64,000 nucleotides of DNA from the human T2T-CHM13v2.0 reference genome, Homo sapiens. A program made the position numbers and the translations under genes. The notes under the pieces were generated by a model, which did no database searches, was not told the DNA's origin, and saw only the letters and a list, made by a program, of their open reading frames with translations. Below, in pieces: positions 60,316-64,000 of this stretch. The stretch lies in assembly GCF_009914755.1 (NCBI RefSeq), contig NC_060926.1, one strand, 5' to 3'. The stretch's first letter is position 1. Every line of letters starts with the position of its first letter.

Positions 60316-61923
60316 CAAGGATTTTAAAAGCAGCAAGAGAAAAGAAGCAAATAACATACCAAAAAACTCCAATAGTTGTGGCAGCACACTTCTCAGTGAA
60401 AACCTTACAGGCCAGGAGAGAGTGGCATGACATATTAAAAGTGCTGAAGGAAAAAAAACTTTTATTCTAGGTTATTATATCCAGCAAAAATATGCTTCAA
60501 ACATAAAGGAGAAATAAAGACTTTCTCAGACAAACAAAAGCTGAGGGATTTTCTCAATACCAGACCTATCCTACAAGAAAAGCTAAAGAGAGTTCTTCAA
60601 TCTGAAAGAAAAAGACATTAGCAACTAATAAGAAATTATCTGAAGATATAACACTTACTGGTAACAGTAAGCCTTCAGGCAAATACAGAATATTATAACA
60701 CTGTAATTGTGATGTGTAAACTGCTCATACCTTGAGTAGGAAGACTCAAATATGAACCTATAAAAATATAATAACTACAAAAACATTTAAATACATAGAT
60801 AGTATAATAAGATGTAAAGAGAAACAACAAAAAGTTTAAAAATGGGAGGACAAAGGTAAAGTGTTTTCTCTTTGCTTGTTATTTTGTTTGTTTATGTAAT
60901 CAAGGTTAAGTTGTCAACAGTTTAAAATAACGGGTTACAAGACATTTGCAAGCCTCATGATAACCTCAAATCAAAAAACATACAACAAATACCAAGCAAG
61001 AAATTAGAACATACCAACAGAGAAACTCACCTTCACCAAAAGGAAGATGGGAAAGAGCAAAAGAAGGAAGAAGAGAAGACCACAAAACAACCAAAATAAC
61101 AAATAACAAAATGGCAACAGTAAGGCCTTACTTATCAATAATAACATTTAATATACATGGACTACACTCTCCAGTCACAAGATATAGAGTGGCTGAATGG
61201 ATGAAAAAACAAAACTCAATGACCTGTTGCCAAAAGAAACACACTTCACCTATAAAAACATAATAGATTGAAAATAAAGGGATGGAAAAAGATATTCCAT
61301 GCAAATGGAAACCAAAAAAGAGCAGAAGTCACTGTATTTATATAAGACAAAATAGATTTCAAGACAAAGACCATAAAAAGAGACAAGGTATTACAATAAT
61401 GATAAAAGGGTTGATTCAGCCAGAGGATATAACAATTGTAAATATATATGCACCCAACACTGGAGCACCCAGATATATAAAGCAAATATTATTAGAGCTT
61501 AAGAGAGAGATGACACCCATACAATAATAGCTGAAGACCTCAACACCTCACTTTAACATTGGACAGATCATCCAGACAGAAAATCAACAAAGAATCATTG
61601 GACTTAATCTGCTCTATAGACCAAATGGACCTAATAGATATTTACAAAACATTTCATCCAATGGCTGCAGAATACACATTTTTCTCCTGAACATATGGAT
61701 CATCCTCAAGGATAGACCATACTTTAAGTCACAAAACAAGCCTTAAAAAATTTTAAAAAGTGAAATTATATCAAATATTTTATACCACAATGAAATAAAA
61801 CTAGAAGTCCATAACAATATTAATTTGGGAAACTATACAAACACATGGAAATTAAACAATATGCTTCCAAATGATCAGTGGGTCAGTGAAGAAATTAAGA
61901 AGGAAATTAAAAAATTTCTTGAA

Positions 61924-62117
61924 GGCTGGGCAACATACCGAGGCCTCACCTCTACTAAAATAAAATAAATTAGGTGGGCATGCTGGTTTGTTCCTGTAGT
62001 CCCAGCTACTTGGGAGGCTGGGGAGGGAGGATCACTTGAGCTCAGGAGAGTGAGACTGCAGTGAACCATGATCTTGCCACTCACTGCATTCCAGCATGGG
62101 CAAGATCCTGTCTCAAA
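61924..62117 (+). mobile_element. 5'-truncated AluJ nested in L1 ORF2
   Basis: End of left arm, linker and right arm. Confidence 0.85.
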
Positions 62118-64000
62118 TTTTTTTTCCTTGAAAAAATGATAATGCTAATAGAGTATACAAAAACCTATGGGATACAGTGAAAGCAGTACTAAGAGGAAAG
62201 TTTATAGCTATAAGCACCCACATCAAAAAAGTAGAAAAATGTCAAATAAACAACCTCACTATGCATCTTAAAGAATGAAAAATGCAAGAGCAAACCAAAC
62301 CCTAAAAGTAGAAGAAAAAAAAATAAAGATCAGAGCAGAAATAAATGAAATTGAAATGAAGAAAACAATGGAAAATGTCGATGAAGTGAACAGTTGGTTT
62401 TTTGAAAAGATAAACAAAGTTGACAAACCTTTATCCAGACTGAGAAAAAGAGAGAGAAGACCCAAATACATACATTCAGAGAAGAAAAAGAAGATACTAC
62501 AACTAATACCGCAGAAATTCAAAGAATCGTTAGAAGCTACTATGAACAGCTATATGCCAATGAAATGGAAAACCTAAAAGAAATGGATAAATTTCTAGAC
62601 ACACACAACCTACCAATATTGAACCATGAAGAAATCCAAAATCTGAACAAAACGGTAACAAGTAATGAGATTGAAGCTGTAATAAAAGTCTCCTAGCAAA
62701 GAAAAGTCCAGGATCCAGTGGCTTCACTGCTGAATTTTACCAAACATTTAAAGAAGAACTAATACCAATACTACTCAAACTATCCTAAAAATATAGAGGA
62801 GGAGGGAATATTTCCAAATTCACTTATGAGGCCATTGTTACTATGATACCAAAACCAAACACACAACCAAAAAAGGAAACCTACAAGCCAATATCTTTAT
62901 GAACATTAATGCAAAAATCCTCAGCAAACTACTAGCAAACTGAATTCAACAACACATTAAAAAAGATCGTTCATCATGACCAAATGGGAATTATTCCAGG
63001 GATCCAAGGATGGTTCAACATATACAAATCAATCAATGCGATGCATCAAATCAACAGAATGAAGGACAAAAATCACATGATCATTTCAATTGATGCTGAA
63101 AAAGCATTTGATAAAATTCAGCATCTCTTCATGATAAAAACCCTCAAAAAGCTGGTTATAGAAGAACATACTTCAACACAATAAAAGCTATATATGACAG
63201 ACCCACAACTAATATTATACTAATTGGGGAAAAAATTAAAAGCTTTTCCTCTAAAACCTGGAACAAGAAAAGGGTGCCTACTGTCACCATTGTTATTCAA
63301 CACTGGAAGCCCTAACTAGAACAATCAGACAAGAAAAAGATATAAAGGGCATCCAAATTGGAAAGCAAGAAGTCAAATTATCCTTGTTTGTAGATGATAT
63401 GATCTTAATATTTGGAAAAACCTAAAGACTCCACCAAAAACTATTAGAATTCATAAACAAATTTAGGAAAGTTGCAGGACACAAAATCAACATACAAAAA
63501 TCAGTAGCATTTCTATATGCCAACAGCAAACATTCTGAAAAAGAAATCAAGAAAATAATCTCATTTATAATAGCTACAAATAAAATAAAATACCTAAGAA
63601 TAAACTTAACCAAAGAAGTTAAAGATTTCTACAATAAAAACCATAAAACATGGACGTGAAGAGGACCCATAAAAATTGGAAAGATATTCCATATTCATGA
63701 ATTGGAAGAATCAATATTATGAAAATGTCCATACTACCTAAAACAATCTACAGATTCAGTGCAATCCCTATCAAATTACCAATGATAGTCTTCATAAAAA
63801 TAGAAAAAATCATTCTAAAATTTATATGGAACCACAAAAGACCCAGAATAGCCAAAGCCATCCTGAGCAAAAGGAAAAAAACTGGAGGAATCACATTACC
63901 TGGCTTCAAATTATATTACATAGCAACCCAAACAGCATAATACTGACATAGTAGCAGACATACAGACCAATACAACAGGATAGAGAAAAAAAAGAACCCA

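Overview
This is primate (human) genomic DNA, AT-rich and dense in interspersed repeats; the AluYb8 element points to human. Bases 1-6650 hold the last five coding exons and the 3'UTR of ZC3H15 (DFRP1/LEREPO4) on the + strand. From memory this is 2q32.1, with ITGAV as the next gene downstream, outside the window. The remaining ~57 kb is intergenic: about 25 Alu elements or monomers, old L1s, MaLR/ERVL LTRs, DNA transposons (MER30, Tigger3a, MER58A, MADE1, Tigger1) and microsatellites. The standout element is at 18191-19661: an L1-retrotransposed copy of the doubly spliced HERV-K(HML-2) rec mRNA. It runs R-U5-PBS-leader / rec exon / rec last exon-U3-R-short poly(A), inside a 17-bp target-site duplication. 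Small indels make its ORFs pass through the Rec, Env-tail and Np9 reading frames, and its ends record the viral transcription start and polyadenylation sites. Other items of interest are a near-consensus AluYb8, a compact NF-kB/AP-1/RUNX motif cluster, a cryptic 3' splice site at the last ZC3H15 exon, and non-B DNA clusters. Repeat subfamily names come from recalled consensus sequences and need RepeatMasker/Dfam confirmation.
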